Below, one piece after another: positions 12,486 to 26,436 of a stretch of DNA of 64,000 nt. The notes under the pieces are model-generated. The model did no database searches and was not told where the DNA came from. It saw only the letters and a program-made list of their open reading frames with translations. Every line of letters starts with the position of its first letter. Positions within the stretch are counted from its first letter, which is position 1. A program made the position numbers and the translations under genes. The stretch is taken from the NCBI GenBank assembly GCA_036172245.1, contig JAYWIR010000005.1, positions 4,340,001-4,404,000 on the forward strand, given 5' to 3'. The stretch comes from Raillietiella orientalis (taxonomy: Eukaryota).

Positions 12486-15400
12486 CTTCCCGGACGACTA
12501 CCCTTCCCCCCAGCGCGGGGGTCCTCCTACGCACTAGCTCTCCCCCCCCCGAAGTGAGGATGGGAGCTCCCCCGCGGGAGAGGGGTGGCCGTTCCCTCTC
12601 CGCCACCTGCCCGGGAGGTGGCGCTGGAGGGAGGCTTGCGGGAAATCCACCGGCTGCGCGCCCCGGGGCGACCGCGGAATCCCGCGGAGGAAATCCGGCC
12701 GCGCCTGAACCGGGAAGGGGCCGGACCCCCAGGACGCGAGCCTCCGCCGACCTGAAGAAGGGGCCGGACCTTCGCGCTGCGTGGAGGGAATTTTGGTTTC
12801 TCTGCCTGCTCCTCCTTCTCCCACCCACCCCCAGCACCCCTCCTACGTCCCTCCTGAACCGTTTCCCTCGGCATCCGGTTCAGGGTATGCAGGGTCAGGG
12901 AGTAATGGCTCTCTAGGCAGACTTCGGAAATGCATCCATCCCTCGGCCTTTCGAGAGCACCCTTCTTCGGAGGCCATTGCCTGGGGGTGCGTTTGGCATC
13001 GGCCCCTTCCGGAGAGCCTCCTGCGGCGTCCTACCTCTAGACGGTCTGCGACCTCGTCTTTCGGGCACATCCTCGAGAGAAAAAAAGCCTCCTCGGTCTC
13101 CTGGTCCCTGTGGGGCGCCCCCGCACCCACCAAGGAATGGGGGGGGAGGAAGGGGTTAGGAATGCACGTCCTGCACGCGACCTGCACACCGCCCCCAGAG
13201 ATCCCGGTGGAACGAACCTGTAGTCGTCAGCTCGCTTCCTGTCGCTTCGCGCAGCATCCATCCACGTGCTTCGGCCTCCGGATGTACACAGTGTACCATC
13301 AGGTGCGTACCGTGGCCGTTCGCGCGAGGCTCGGAATGACCTCGCCAGCCTCACGCGCGCACACTCTGATGCCCTAAACGACCTTCGGAAAGCCTGAGCG
13401 CTCCGGCTCTCTGAGCAGGTGCGTGTGACCACCTCCTCTTGGAACACGGCGCCTCACCGCGCACCTGCTCTTTCCGTTCCCTGCGCTTCTCCTCCCCCCT
13501 CCCCATCCTTCTCAGGAGAGCTCGCGTCCGGGAACTCGCCGGACCGGGATGCCGCCCGTCTTCCGCAGGTGACTGCTCCATCCAGCATGAGATGCAGAGG
13601 CGCCGTTCACTCCGAATGCGCTATTCGTTTCAATTTGGTTCCAACATGACGATCGGACCACGAGAGTCATCCGTTTCTCTCCGGGGGACTCAGGATCGAC
13701 CGAACCACGCCCAAAGGCTGTCGGCATGGAACGGTCCTTCGAAACAAGCCTTCGGGATCCCACTGAAGTGTTTGCTGCCACGAAGACCGAGACCGACGGC
13801 AGCAGTTCCAGGAGAGCCTCCCCTAAACCCTTCCGCTCTCCAAACCGGATCGGCCTGCCTTTCCCCTCCGACGAACGTCAGAAGGCAGGAACGGTTCTGC
13901 CCCGACGGCTGGGCGTCGATTTGACGCTTGGGCGCCATCCATTTCCGGGGCTGGTTGCTTCGGTGGGTTGTCACCGCCCACTCCTCAGTGGACTTCGACT
14001 TCCAGGGCTGCCACCGTCTTGCTTACCATAGCAACCAACACCTCCCATGGGAAATGGCGAACGCGGCGACCCAAGCGTGGTTTCGTTCCGGCTCTGCTTG
14101 CAAGAGTCGGCTGGCCGGGCGCTACGAGGGCTGCAAGATTTCCAAGGCCAGCAAACACTTGGACATGTTATTGTTACATTCCACTCTTGAGCATCATCTG
14201 GAGACTCAGGGAGCCATCACCCTTGTTCTGAATCGAAAAAGAAAAGAAGTAGGAGGATGCAATTCGAGGAGTTGGGACGTACGCACTTCCTGAGACACGA
14301 GGCACCCCAAAGACCCCCTGTGAGGATCATCGCAGAACCTGGATGCTCTTCGATGCGTGCGACCACGAAACCACCGAGCCGGAGGTGGTGGAAGAGTCCT
14401 GCTGCGTTCCACAACGGACGTCAGTTGCGATTCGTTCCGTTTTGAGGCGGCTGTGTAGCTTTCGGCCATCCCCTCCTCATCCTCAAACAGCCGGCGAGTA
14501 CGCGCGCCCGCGGAAGGCAAAAGAGGAGCTCCTGGCTGGTCGGCAAAGTCCCCGCTGCCTCTGGAGCATGGCGCGCAACGTCGGAGAGGTGCGACCGGAA
14601 CGTCCGTCCTTTCAGAGACTTCCGAACTGAATGCCGAGGCCAAACCAAGAAGAACCGTTGGACGGGTCAAGGCGGCGTGCGAGCGGAATCCTCTCTCCCG
14701 CACAGGCATCTTCCGAGAGGATCATGCAAAATGGAGTTCTGCATTGATTGGAACGAACTTCCCGGTGGCAAGCTGCATGACGGGGCTAATCTCCGGGACG
14801 CCTCTGAGCTGGCGGCAGTCACTCCCTGCTGACAAAAGGGGACGCGAAGTGGCAAACGAGGGAGCAAGAAAACACGGGAGTCCCTCTCCGTCCACAGAAT
14901 CGGAAACTGGGTGAATGCAGATGAAGCTTTGCTAACGCTTTCCTGGAGGAAAGATGAAAGCGTCCGTTTCAAAAGTGGAGAACTCTTTTATTTTCAGTCT
15001 TATCGCTAGAACGGATGTAAAGGGAGGAGGAAGGAGTGACCGCTATTCACAGTTTGCACCATCTTCTTATCCTGGAGAAGGCTCGCTGGCAGCTGTTCAT
15101 CTTGACCGGAGACCAAGGGTGCACCCAGCAAATGCCTTCCGGCTGCACTCAGTGTTGACCTGCACCATTCCCAGCTTCTCTTTCTGCTTGTCTGAATCTG
15201 GGAAGATCTCGAGGTCTCTGGATGCCGCTCATTCTTGATCCAGAACTCCCAGGGATCCTGCCATCAGGGCTCTTATCTAAACCGGTGCTCTTCCGGAAGT
15301 CGGAGAACAAAAGAGATCGCTTTCTGTCTTCAGTCCTCTTTCTTTGTCGAGCTTCTTCCAGAGATGTCCACGTGGGCAGGTGACATCATTTCCTCCTGGA

Positions 15401-18400
15401 GCAGCATGTGCGGTAGGAGTTTTGAGCTGCTGCTCTGAATTTGATTGAAGCTGACATGGTTCGCTGCGACCTTAGTAAAAGAATCGTCTAAGGTAAGCTG
15501 GACAGAATGAGTGACTTCTGGTTTTAGCACCTGGATGTGAAGTGTTCCTTCGACAGTGGTCCTTCAAGATGATGGCAACCACATCTTTTAAACTCTAGAG
15601 AGAATATCCCATAATCTTTCCTGCCCTCAAAAAGCAAGGGCTTCGATCGAGCTGGTAAAGAGCCAAAATCAACACGGTTCCTCCGGAAGTACCCTAAGAT
15701 CGCAGCCAATGCATCATGGTCGCCAGAACATCGCCAAAGCGGCTGCAAGCCACAAGGACAGCGCATCGGCGATAAGATGAGGTCTCAAGCCGGAGAGGAA
15801 TCAGGATGACGTCCTTCGACCCCATCCTTCCGCGTACCCTGTTTTCCCGTCCTTTCGCGCACCAGGTCGCGCCTTCAGGATATCTTCGTCCAAGTGGAGC
15901 ATCGAGGAACAGCAGTGGGACGAAGAGGAAAGTTTCTGAGGAGCTGAGGCAGGGAGACTGACATGGAAGCGTCACTTGCCACCACCACCCATCATCCGCA
16001 CTTCCTTTCCTTCGGATCTTGAGCTAAAGAGGGGAGCATGTTGGTAAGCAAAAGCCAAAGAGAAAGTCGAACCCCTCCTGGGCAAAAAAGTTTTTGGCAC
16101 GAGCTCGGGCACTGCCACGTTGCCACTGTGCACGTCATCAACTAGAGCTTTGCCGTGATCTCAGCACCACGTGGCCCCACAACTTTACTTAAGCTTCGGG
16201 GAGGGGAGGAAGGGAGGCGAAAGAAAAGTCTCGAAGAGTCACTCCGCGAGCCGCGAAGTGTGCCTTTGTGGGACGACATGACACACCGACTGACACTAAT
16301 TGATGCGTGTGCCGAATTTGCCTAGTAATCGCATTTCAGCAGATGCACGCACGGAGGACGGATGCGATGGGATCGCGGACTTCTGTGTCGAAAACAAAGG
16401 GGAAGAGGCGCATTCCTAACTGATTCCTTCGTCTCCACCGCTCACGACCTGTCGAAAATTTTCCGCCGGTTGTGTCAAGGTCGGGCTGTAAATTTGTTTG
16501 TTTCCTCTTCTGTCTCCTCGGCAACGCAGGGAAGTTCTGCCCGGTGAAGCGGACGAACACCTCGGCAACCAGCACCAGCCTGCTCGGGGACAGAAACCCA
16601 TCACGAGGGATGCCTTCAGGGAACGTGCGAGCAGCGAGGCGTCCTATTGAAAGCGTCATGGTTGTTACTCTTGGAGGGAGGTCTAGAGATTGACTCATCA
16701 CCATGACATTCACTTTTTGTCGAAAGCAGCGTGCTTATCTGAAGCCATGATTCCTCCGTGCAGATAGCCGTGTCCCGGCTGTGCGTTCACACCTTTCTGA
16801 ACCATTCTTCCACCCAGTCACCGTGATGACTGCCGGGCGCAAGACGCACTGGGAGAGAAAATCATCTTCGCGTGCCTGTTTTTTTTTTTCCTTTTTCCCC
16901 TCCCCCCCTTTCGCGAAGGGAATTCCCTACGCGAGCGATCCTCCTTTCGGAGCGGGGACGAAAATTTTCCAGCGACTGAGGTTGCAAACCCCGACAGGAT
17001 GCTGCTGCGGGGGAGCGCCCATGCGGGAGTTTGCCGCGGGCACTCTGGAGCTTTTAGCCCTGTTCTTCCCGGTGCCTCTCCAGGGTCGAATGTACACGTC
17101 CACGTTTGCGTGCAGGGTCATTTCCGAAGAGGATCCACGGATCCTCAGGGAGAGAACACACGACAGTTTTTTTTTTTTTTTTTTTTTTATCCCAGCAGAG
17201 ACCAAGACGTAAATTGAGGGTTTCGTCGTGATTACCCTTAATTTAGCAGAACCTTGAACCCTAGATTCGCGCGGCAGGAGATTGGTTCCCACCCACGCCG
17301 TGAAAAAACACCACTGCCATCCGAACTCATTTCAATTATCTCCGGAGGTAAAGGTACTCCATCTGACCAGTCAGGAGAGGGGGAAAGAGAGGCCCCAGCG
17401 ATGCAGCCTGATTGCACATCTTCGAAAAGCTTTCCTCCTCCCGGTCACTCGGATAAATAGGTTTTTCCCCTGGGGTGGTTTTGGGCGCGCCCGTGGCACC
17501 TGCGGCAAATCTGCAAAAATGGCTTCCCGTCTGTTCTCCCCTCTCGCTGAACCTCGCCGCGGTTCTTTCCGCGTCCACTTCTGCGCACGCCGCAGCCGTC
17601 CGCGTGCAACCGCTTTTTTCCGGTCGCGCCGGAGGATTTTCCCTGCCGCCCCGGTCTCCCGATCCAGCACGGGGATTTCTTCTACTCTGGGTCAGCGTCT
17701 TACTCCCACCTCCCTCCCTCTCTCTTTCTTTCTTCCAGTGTCGCTTTTCGTGTCGGAAGAGCCAGCGAGAGCGCTTTCAGAGTCCGCGCGGCGCAGGCGC
17801 AGAGCTCGTGAAGGAGGAGGAGCTCCAAGGCCAAGACACGACCGTCGGGATTTGTCGTCGATGCTTTTGAGTGGGAGCGTGGGGCTGAGCTGTCGCGCCT
17901 TGTCCTGAGCCGTGGCGGATGGCCGTCAGAAGGGGGATCGAACCTTCCTACCCTCTCGAGTCCCCTGGGGTTCCTCTCCCTCCCCCTCCGCTCGGACAAA
18001 AGAATCGCCTCGAGAGCTCTTCGCCCAGGCGTCGTTGCGCCCCTCGCATGAGGCTCCAGAACCTTCCCGGCAGGCTCGATCGCTGCAAGGGACGGCCGAT
18101 TTAACGCAGCTGTGCGCGCAAAGAAAGGAAGGAAATCTGCGTTCTTCCACGTACGAAAAGGCGGGCTGCTGCTAAGCAAGAGCGCCTTTCTTGTTTCGTC
18201 TCCTCGGGCGACGGAGGCTGCGGGTCGCTGGAAACGGAGTGGCACGGGAGCGTCCGAGGCCGGCGCGGGCGAAGTCCTTAAGGGTTCTCAAGCTCCTGCT
18301 CCGCGGGCGTTCCTCCGTGATCAGCACTGAGGACGGCGCGGGCAGTTCCCGGGGAAGGAGGAGGAGGAGGAATCCCGGGACTTGTGCGCTCGAGGCCGGC

Positions 18401-20174
18401 TCCAGGATGTAGAGGAGGGTGCGCCTCGTGTGCGGAACCGCAGCGAAAGAGGAAGCTGCTGGTTTGTTCCGTGCAGCATCCCCTGGCACGAAAGCACCGA
18501 GACGCATCGTTCGATGGCTCCTTGACGACGACGACGACCGGCCCAGCAGTCCTAGCGCGGCCGCCGGGATCCTACGACAGTGCATTCCTGAACTGGAAAG
18601 GCGCGCCAGCCTCCCCTCTCCTTCGGGAACGTTTCGGCCGAAATTCGCCGCATTCTGCTGGAGCTCGTTCTGCATCGGGGGCGTCTTGAGCGCCGAGTTT
18701 CTTCGCTCGTGGTTCTTGATCGAATGCTGTTAGGGTCCAGATCGGGAAAGGTGGTGAGCGTTGAGCGGCCAAGACGGAAAGAACTCAGAGGAAGGGAAGC
18801 AAGAGGACAGCATAGAAAAGCGAAGAGAATCATGCTCTCGATAGGAAGGACACTTCGGAGTCCCAGGATTGCCACTATCGACCGAGACGCGCCGCTGCGG
18901 TGCAGGGTGGATGATCCTCAGAGGGTGGGACTTCATAAAGAAGGGAACAAAGGTGGCAAACTTTCTTGTAGCGGTTCGGAGAGGTAGATCTCAGGAAGTC
19001 TTCCGTTGTTGAAGGAGCACACGGCAACCAAAATCCACGTACGTCACGTGCTGATGCGGAGTGGCCAGCTGAAGCAGCTGGCCTTTCCACGAGAGGTGTC
19101 CTCTCTCCTTCCTGTGGGATGGCACGTGGGAAACTTGTACTCCCCTGTTGCTTGGTTCGGATTCCCCCGGTCTTCTAGCCTCGCTCCCCTGTAGCAAACC
19201 AGTGAGTGAAAGGTGAGAGAAATGCCCGGGGTCTTCGTTCGCGGTGCCGTGGGTGCCCCTCGGCTCCTTGAGAGAACCCGAAATCAGGTCGCTCTAGCGA
19301 ATGCAGAACGATGGCGTTTCCCTCGAATCGGCCGAAAGCGGTCTACTCCCGGGTGTAGCTTGTGTCTCCCGGCTCCTATGGGGTCACGGTGCATGGTGAA
19401 CAGAGGAGGTCGAGATAAAAAAAAAAAAAAAAAAACTGCTCAAGAGTGAAAACTGCGCAAGAGATTTGATTTTTCCTTTTTCTTCTTCTTCTTTCCCTCC
19501 CTCCAGAACGAGAGGAGAGGAGCTCGGAAAGCTGATCTTGACGGGATGCAGGATTTGTTTTTCTTTTCATCTGAGCGTGTCCAACATAGGTCGAAGAGGG
19601 AAGCAAAAACATCCGATGGGGGTAGACATGCCCCATTTAACGCTTACGCTAAGTGAATGGAAGGGAGATGTTTTAATTACAAATCCCCCCATTCTCTTCG
19701 AGTCGATCCTGCTCCCACCCTCGGAAAATCCGCGGTTCCACAGATTCGTGGCCCGGCGAAGCGTCCGAAGCCGCAGCGAGCTTTCGGGAAAGACGACCAC
19801 CGTTTCTCTGGAAAACACCGGGCGAGGCCTCCGGAAAGCAGTTCCCCTGGAAACCGTGGATGTGTCTCGGCGCGCTCGGAGACCCTCCGGACGCAGATGT
19901 CCCGTGCGGAAAAAACGCTCTCTGGTAGCTTGACCCCTCGAGTGATCTCGCGGACTCGATTTTAGGTGGCAGAAAGCTTGGGCAAGGACGGTGGAACTTT
20001 TCGGGTTCAAAATTGCTGGAGGATCTCAGCGACTACTTTGTCCCGGAAACGGAATTTCACCGGGAGCAACTTCCGTGTCTGGAAAAAAGTTTCGCTCTTC
20101 CGGCGCAACTATTCTTAAATTAGTTTCTTCGTCTCTTTCTTGCTTTCCTCTGAAAACGAGTCCTAGGAAATTCT

Positions 20175-20212
<38 letters not shown>

Positions 20213-20216
20213 TGTG
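20175..20216 (+). repeat. Compound microsatellite (TC)10(TG)11
   Basis: Read directly from the sequence. Confidence 0.95.
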
Positions 20217-21221
20217 TTTCGTTCGCCTTTTTTTGCCGGTGGCGATTTCGGGCATGCATAATGTCAATTTATATAAGCACTACCTTCAGGGGAGATGAAT
20301 CCGGAAATGGGTCGCATAGCAACAAAGCAATGGCTTCGCGCTCTTGATTTACCGTTAAATAATTACAAAATTAACCGGAAACATTTAGATCGGAATGATT
20401 ATATTTAAAGCGGAATTGCGTCCTTCCCTGCTTTGTGCTGAGGGAAGTTCGCCTCTGGATTAATGAACAGGCCATGTAATTAACGTCATCTGTCGGGAGA
20501 CCACGCTATTGATTCCTTGGAGATCTGAGTGTTTTAAGATAATAGCTGAAGCTTTCTGATGTAGACATCATCTGTCAGAGATACAGAAACTTAGTGCTCC
20601 GAATCCTGCCGCCTTAATTGGGAAAGACCGTGGAGAGACGAGTCTCTAAGCCTCCTTCATGGCCTTTTGCTTTTCAAGCTCCGTCGTTTCGGAAGCATCA
20701 CTTCATCTTCGTCTTCACCGTGGAAACAAAAGCACAGCTCGGAAGCACACACAATTGGTTACCCAGAATTGCTTCACAAACAAATCGCAGAATATTACTG
20801 TCCTTTGGAAAGATGGATCCATCCAGAAACTCACAACAGATCGGAGATGCGTTCCTCATCTAACCGTCTTCGCGGTGGGCTCAACCAATTGGCGGATCCT
20901 TGAGAAGCGATTTTTTTTTTTTTTTGTCTGAAGAGTGATGCGCCTCGCCGATGTGATCGTGTTGAGTGCTCCCAGCCATCATCCATCAAATTCTGCGATA
21001 CACCGTTGCAGATTCTCTTATTAATCATTTGTATGCCCACGTTATCGCTCCTTGAGATCGAGCACAGCAAAGGACGGGAGGCAAGGTTCGTCCCAATTTT
21101 TTTTTTTTTTTTGAGGACTTCCGGTTCTCAGCATTTGGATCTTCGTCAGGTAAGTCGGTTCACCGAAGCCGAACTGAGGAGGATTGGAGCAAGGGAAACG
21201 CTGTGGTTCTGCCGTAAGTCG

Positions 21222-21257
21222 CTTCTTCTTCTTCTTCTTCTTCTTCTTCTTCTTCTT
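21222..21257 (+). repeat. Microsatellite (CTT)12
   Basis: Read directly from the sequence. Confidence 0.95.
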
Positions 21258-24200
21258 TCCTCAAGGAGGCTGACCACCTATCAGGATTCAAAGAGGCGCA
21301 TGGTAACGAGGAGGCCAGCAACCGACCTCGCTCTCTGTCGCCGGCAGAAGGGAAGGAGCAGAACGCGTGGAGCGATCGAGTCAGCTCACCGAAGACATCC
21401 GCTGATTTCATCCCTTGAAACCATGGAGCAGATTATGCACTGTTTCCTGTTGCTACGCATTCCAGTGTGATTCCCGCGGGAGAGGTCGGTTGATTGCTGC
21501 ACTGCGAGCAGTTCCCGAAGAGGAGAGAGATCGTCACACTCGTTCAGGAGAGGTGCATTCACTCGTGCTAAGAGATCATCGCCAACAGTAACGAAAAGAA
21601 AAAAAAGAAAAAATCAGCCTCTTAGATTGGACGTTCAGCAGCGGATGAAGCAACACCGACGACTCACCTCGGAAACGGGGAGTTTGATTTTTATTGAGTT
21701 CGTTCAGGAATGCGCGTACGTGCCCAGCACGAATGAAGGAATGCAATAATAAAAGGTAAAACAAGCGCAATAAACTGCTCACGATTGCCAAAGAATGCCC
21801 GGGATCCCAGAAGCCATTTAGCAATCGAGGTTTGGAATTAGATAGGAAGAATGACGTAAGAGCAGCGTTGCTTTCCCCGAGTGTGTGTGTGTGGGGGAGA
21901 GAGAGGGAGAGAGAGAGAAACCCATTACATTTGGTAACAGAAGAACTCGGGACATTCTTCCAATTACCCAAATTAACCTTTGCGAATTATTCTAAAAAGA
22001 GGAAGTGAACCGCGTCGATAGAAGAGGAATCTCATGGGCTCCTTCGATCGCGGACGGCCATCCCCGCTGCTAAGTTGCCGCTCGTTGGAATTTCTCATAC
22101 TCACGAAAGCATGAAAGAATTCCACTGAAAGGACTTGAATCCTTTGACATTTTTCCGGGGTTTTGCGGGCTTTCTTCCTTCCTTCTTTCTTCCTTGCTTT
22201 CATTCTTTTTTTTTGCAAACTTGCGTCATCGGAATTAATAAACGTCCAATTAGGAAGGAAGCGCTCCTTGGCGTTATGCGTATGCGTCACGATTTACGAT
22301 TGGAGCATTACTCTTGCTCGCCTTCTGCGTTCAAAGATGTGTGGGCGTAGGTTCTGCGGCATTCATCTCGTTTCATCTAATACATTGCTTCTCCGCATTA
22401 TTGATTCCTTGTTCATTCAATCACTGACTTGTGCACGGATCGGCGATAGGGATCAGTCGGTGCTTGGCAGGGATGTTCGGTACAGCTGTGAAGGCCCAAC
22501 TTCCGGTCAGGTGCTGAAGGCACCCTGTCCCTGTACAGCAGGATAGGCTGGTTGTTTCGCATCGGCGTCTGGAGAAAGTACGCGTCGCATTCGTTGTCAA
22601 CATGAAAATTGAAAAGGAGGAATCCCCTGCGAAACGGCGTTGCACTCTCCGGGAGAATTGTATCCCTCTGTCCCGAGCACGTAAGCTGCCCGAGGAGCCC
22701 AGCAGACGGGTCGCGCATTTGCACGCTCGAACGATCCCCAGGACTGTGAAGATTCCGGTGGGGTTCAGGTTTCGCCCCCAAACACCGGCCAACGTGCGGA
22801 GCGAACGCCCCACCCTTCGGCCTTGTGAAATGCCCTCCTCCGGAATGTTGCACCACTGGGATTCTGCGACCCCAGCACTGGAACGTGCTTTCCTTCCAGC
22901 ACTTTGCAGTTTCCTTTGCACCTGTGCCGTTCCTTCCCATCCTTGCCGTTCCCCCGTGCGGCTTCGAACGGGGGCCCGGTCTGCATTCTTCGAGAGTCGG
23001 CAGTCGATGATCGATCTGAGCTACCATGGAAACGTCAGCTTCACCGTACCATCTGGCACTGTTTATCGTGCCTGTTCCTGGCCCAGCAACAGCCACACGC
23101 AGCTCTCATTTCTCAGGCAGTCTCGACGCACCTACGTAGTGATGTAGCGAGAGTTTCGGTCCAAGTGACGTTCCCTCCTCGGGGAAGCCAAGCATTCGTA
23201 TCTTCCGCTCTCACCCCTCATCTCATCCTCGCGCTCCACGATCCATCTTCTTATTCCAGTTGACCGGCCAATCAGTACATATGAATTTCGTAGTGAGTTG
23301 TTGTTCTCCTGCTCCAGTATGCGTTGCTTCCTTCAGTGACGACCCCATTCCCGACCGCCGCAGAGGAACAGACCAAAATTTTCCCTCATTGCAATAAAAA
23401 CAACAGCTGTCGCCTTTTTGTTCTTGCACGCATTCTAGAATTTTGACGTCGTATCCGCCTAAAAAGAACGCCGCAAAATCTATGCAACCTTTAATGAGCC
23501 CGACAAAGACTTCGTCCACCCAGCCCTGACTGTTGTGCCGTGGAAGAATCATCAGCAGTGCTAAAGGTTGGTGCTGCCTCGTTAGTGCGACTTACTGATT
23601 TAGAAAGAACTTTGTAGTTCCATCGTAGGTAGCTCTGGGTTCCCCATCCGCTTTCACGTTCAGCTTGTTCTTGTGCTTGTTTGCCATGTCGGTTGCAACA
23701 GGGGGGACACGGTTCACGGTGAGTCACTCATCAGATGTCCAACGCTCGGTGAGAGGTCCAGAGGTTCGGTCAGTTGAAATAGTAAGCGAGGAAACAGCAC
23801 TGACTGAATGCAGAATGCCCGTAAATGTTGACGGCAGCCTCTTCCCAGGTAAGCGAACCTCGCAGCGGAGGTTGAACGGAATTCATCTTCATGCGATTTT
23901 TACGTTGTGATGTCTTCTGAAACATTGGTCATGGCAAGAAGGAGCTGCGGGGAGCATGGAAGATCATCTCCATGGTGATAACTGCTGCTCCTAAGAAACG
24001 TTCGGTACTCTGAAATATACCTAACGAAGGAACAGCAGCCTCTCGAGATTGCTGGATCTTGACGACTCCAGCTGCCAAACTGAGAAAGGAATCAATCACA
24101 GTTGCTGAAGGTTCGGTGATGGTTAAGCGAGAATCCCGGCTGGAAAAAAAAATTAAGATAATCATGCAGATGGTGGAAACAAATCTGTCTGAACATCATC

Positions 24201-25940
24201 TTGAGGGAACACTCCCAGCGATTTCTCTTTCCCATGCTGGGTGGAATCTCGAAAAGGAAGATGAGGAAATACGCAAATGGCTTTTTTAAGTTGCTGGTCC
24301 GGACCTTCATCTATCAGAGGTTAGTTCCCCATCATTTCTCTGGAAAACTTTGCGGTTTCGCGGCGCGTACACCTAAAGGAGCACTCTGCATCGAGTCCAT
24401 TACGAAGGGACGAACAGATCCCCAAGAGTTTCTTAGAGTCGGCGGCGGTTGGACCTCGGGGATTAACTCACGTCAGCAATCCAGATCGGTTTCAAGAGCA
24501 CCACGGACATGCTTCCGCCATTGTCTTTTGAGTTCCATCTGTCCACCAGTCTTTTAGGTGACGGTCTGTTGCTTTCCGACCTCATCGAGAATTTCGTCAA
24601 CCTCGTGTGACCAGCTCCATTTTCATCATGCTCACAGGCTTCTCTTGTATCCTCACACGGGAAAACAGCAACTCATCCCCGGCGACTTAGGGGAGGAAAT
24701 TTCCGTCCATCATGGCTGAAGAAACAATGCTCTCTGTGGCGAAGAGTTGGTACTGTTAGTCATGCTGCCTGGCGACGTACTACATCTCCTTTTACACAAG
24801 CCGTGACTTTTTGTCACAGATGACGTTTTCGCGAGTCACGCTTTTTGATTTTCGGCGATGGCCAAAGGAGGCGTAAGGACACGTAAGAATGCATGAAAAA
24901 AAGGAGCCCCCCCCCCCCCCCAAAAGAAAAAGTGATACCGCGCGAGATAATGGAATGTGGAAATCGTAGATGGCACTTCGATTCAAAGGGCCAACATACG
25001 AAGTGGCTACTTGTTGCAAGCTGCGGAACGGCTGCCAATTTCGGGGACCTCGGAAAATCGCTGCTGCGCTTCGAGGGAATCGGATGGGTGGAATTTCCCG
25101 AAGCAAACGTACGAGAGCGCAGCCTCAAGGACCGCAGAGCTCCTGGAAGATTCGTCCGCGCAGTGTTCCTCACGTAACGACCATGTCCTAATGATCTGCA
25201 TGCTTTCCTCGGCTGGAGCTACTAATAACACATCATTCGGTCTTGAAAAAAAAAAAAAAAAAAAGTCCGCTCGCATCCCTCGCAGCGATTAGGAAAGGTA
25301 CGGTCCATCCGTAGTTCGGCACGTTACTTTCCGAAATCAATAATCAGTTTTTAATTACGGAAAACTTATACTCCACGATTTGTGACCATTGATGTCACGA
25401 CAGGAATTGCTACTCTGAGCTGACTCGAGGTATGCTCTGCCGAATGCCAATTACATGCTCGTTACAGACACGAATTTTGGCATTAATCATCTTTCATTTG
25501 CCTCTCTTCTGAACGTTCATGCTGAGAGCTAGTTATGATCGTCTCCTCTATATCATGTCTCCCATCTGTCATCAAAGCGTACCGATTTGCATAAGAGAAT
25601 AAATAATCCCTTTGTTTCCTTTTTCTTCCGAGGAACGAAAGGATGGGATGGCTTCAACAGGAACCTCGGAGCGCAGCATCTTAATGATCTCGCTGTTTAT
25701 GGTGAAATCAAATGGGTGTCTTAAAGATTATTCATTAGCTAAACCTTACTTTGTAAGGACATCGTCTCCTCAAATAACACGCTGCAGCGATTATGGCATT
25801 ATGTAGCTGATTCTGAATGGCGATGAAGTATTGTAGTTAAATGGTAGATCTGGCTTAATGAGTATGATAAGTGGAAGAGGTAATTGGAATAATTAAGAGG
25901 CAACGCAAAAGGAATAAAACTTCCTTGAAGGAGAGACAAA

Positions 25941-26436
25941 ATGGTGAAACCGCTAGTCAAAGATTGGGAGTCCTTGAAGTTATCTCCTCAAGTAAGTGAA
26001 TCCTTAACGGATTGCTATGGACTCGGCTTGATTTTCAGCATTTTTGTTTGCAAAACCCAAATTTTCATTTTAACGCACATTCTGACGTCTTTTCAGGTTA
26101 CAGATCGAACGGCGAAGCACGGAAAACGCTTCTTCTCCTGGAAATGGTGCGGTTTCATTAAAGACCTCTTCTTCAAAGGAAGAGGAAGACGGAACGGAAT
26201 AATTTCGCGTTCGGAATGTCTCACGTGACTCTAAAGAGTGGCTGCCGTTTTTAGAAACAAAAGAATCGATCTGTATTCTCTATTGCATAATTGGGCAGTG
26301 GTCAAATCATGAAGGAACTCTGAGTAATGAATTCTTCGAAATGATCGAGGATAATTGCCATCGCGATGGGGAATTCATCACACTTATCGTGATTGACGAA
26401 TACCATTTGAAGATATGTAGTAGCGAATCAAAATAA
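25941..26436 (+). pseudogene. Degenerate intron-containing P-loop NTPase fragment
   Basis: Candidate intron GTAAGT (25992)...CTGAC (26082)...TTTTCAG (26096). After splicing it reads VTDRTAKHGK and then, with a -1 shift in the A-run, TLLLLEMVRF (Walker A-like). A downstream frame gives ITLIVIDEYH (Walker B-like; DE at 26395-26400). Frameshifts and stops are present. Confidence 0.55.
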
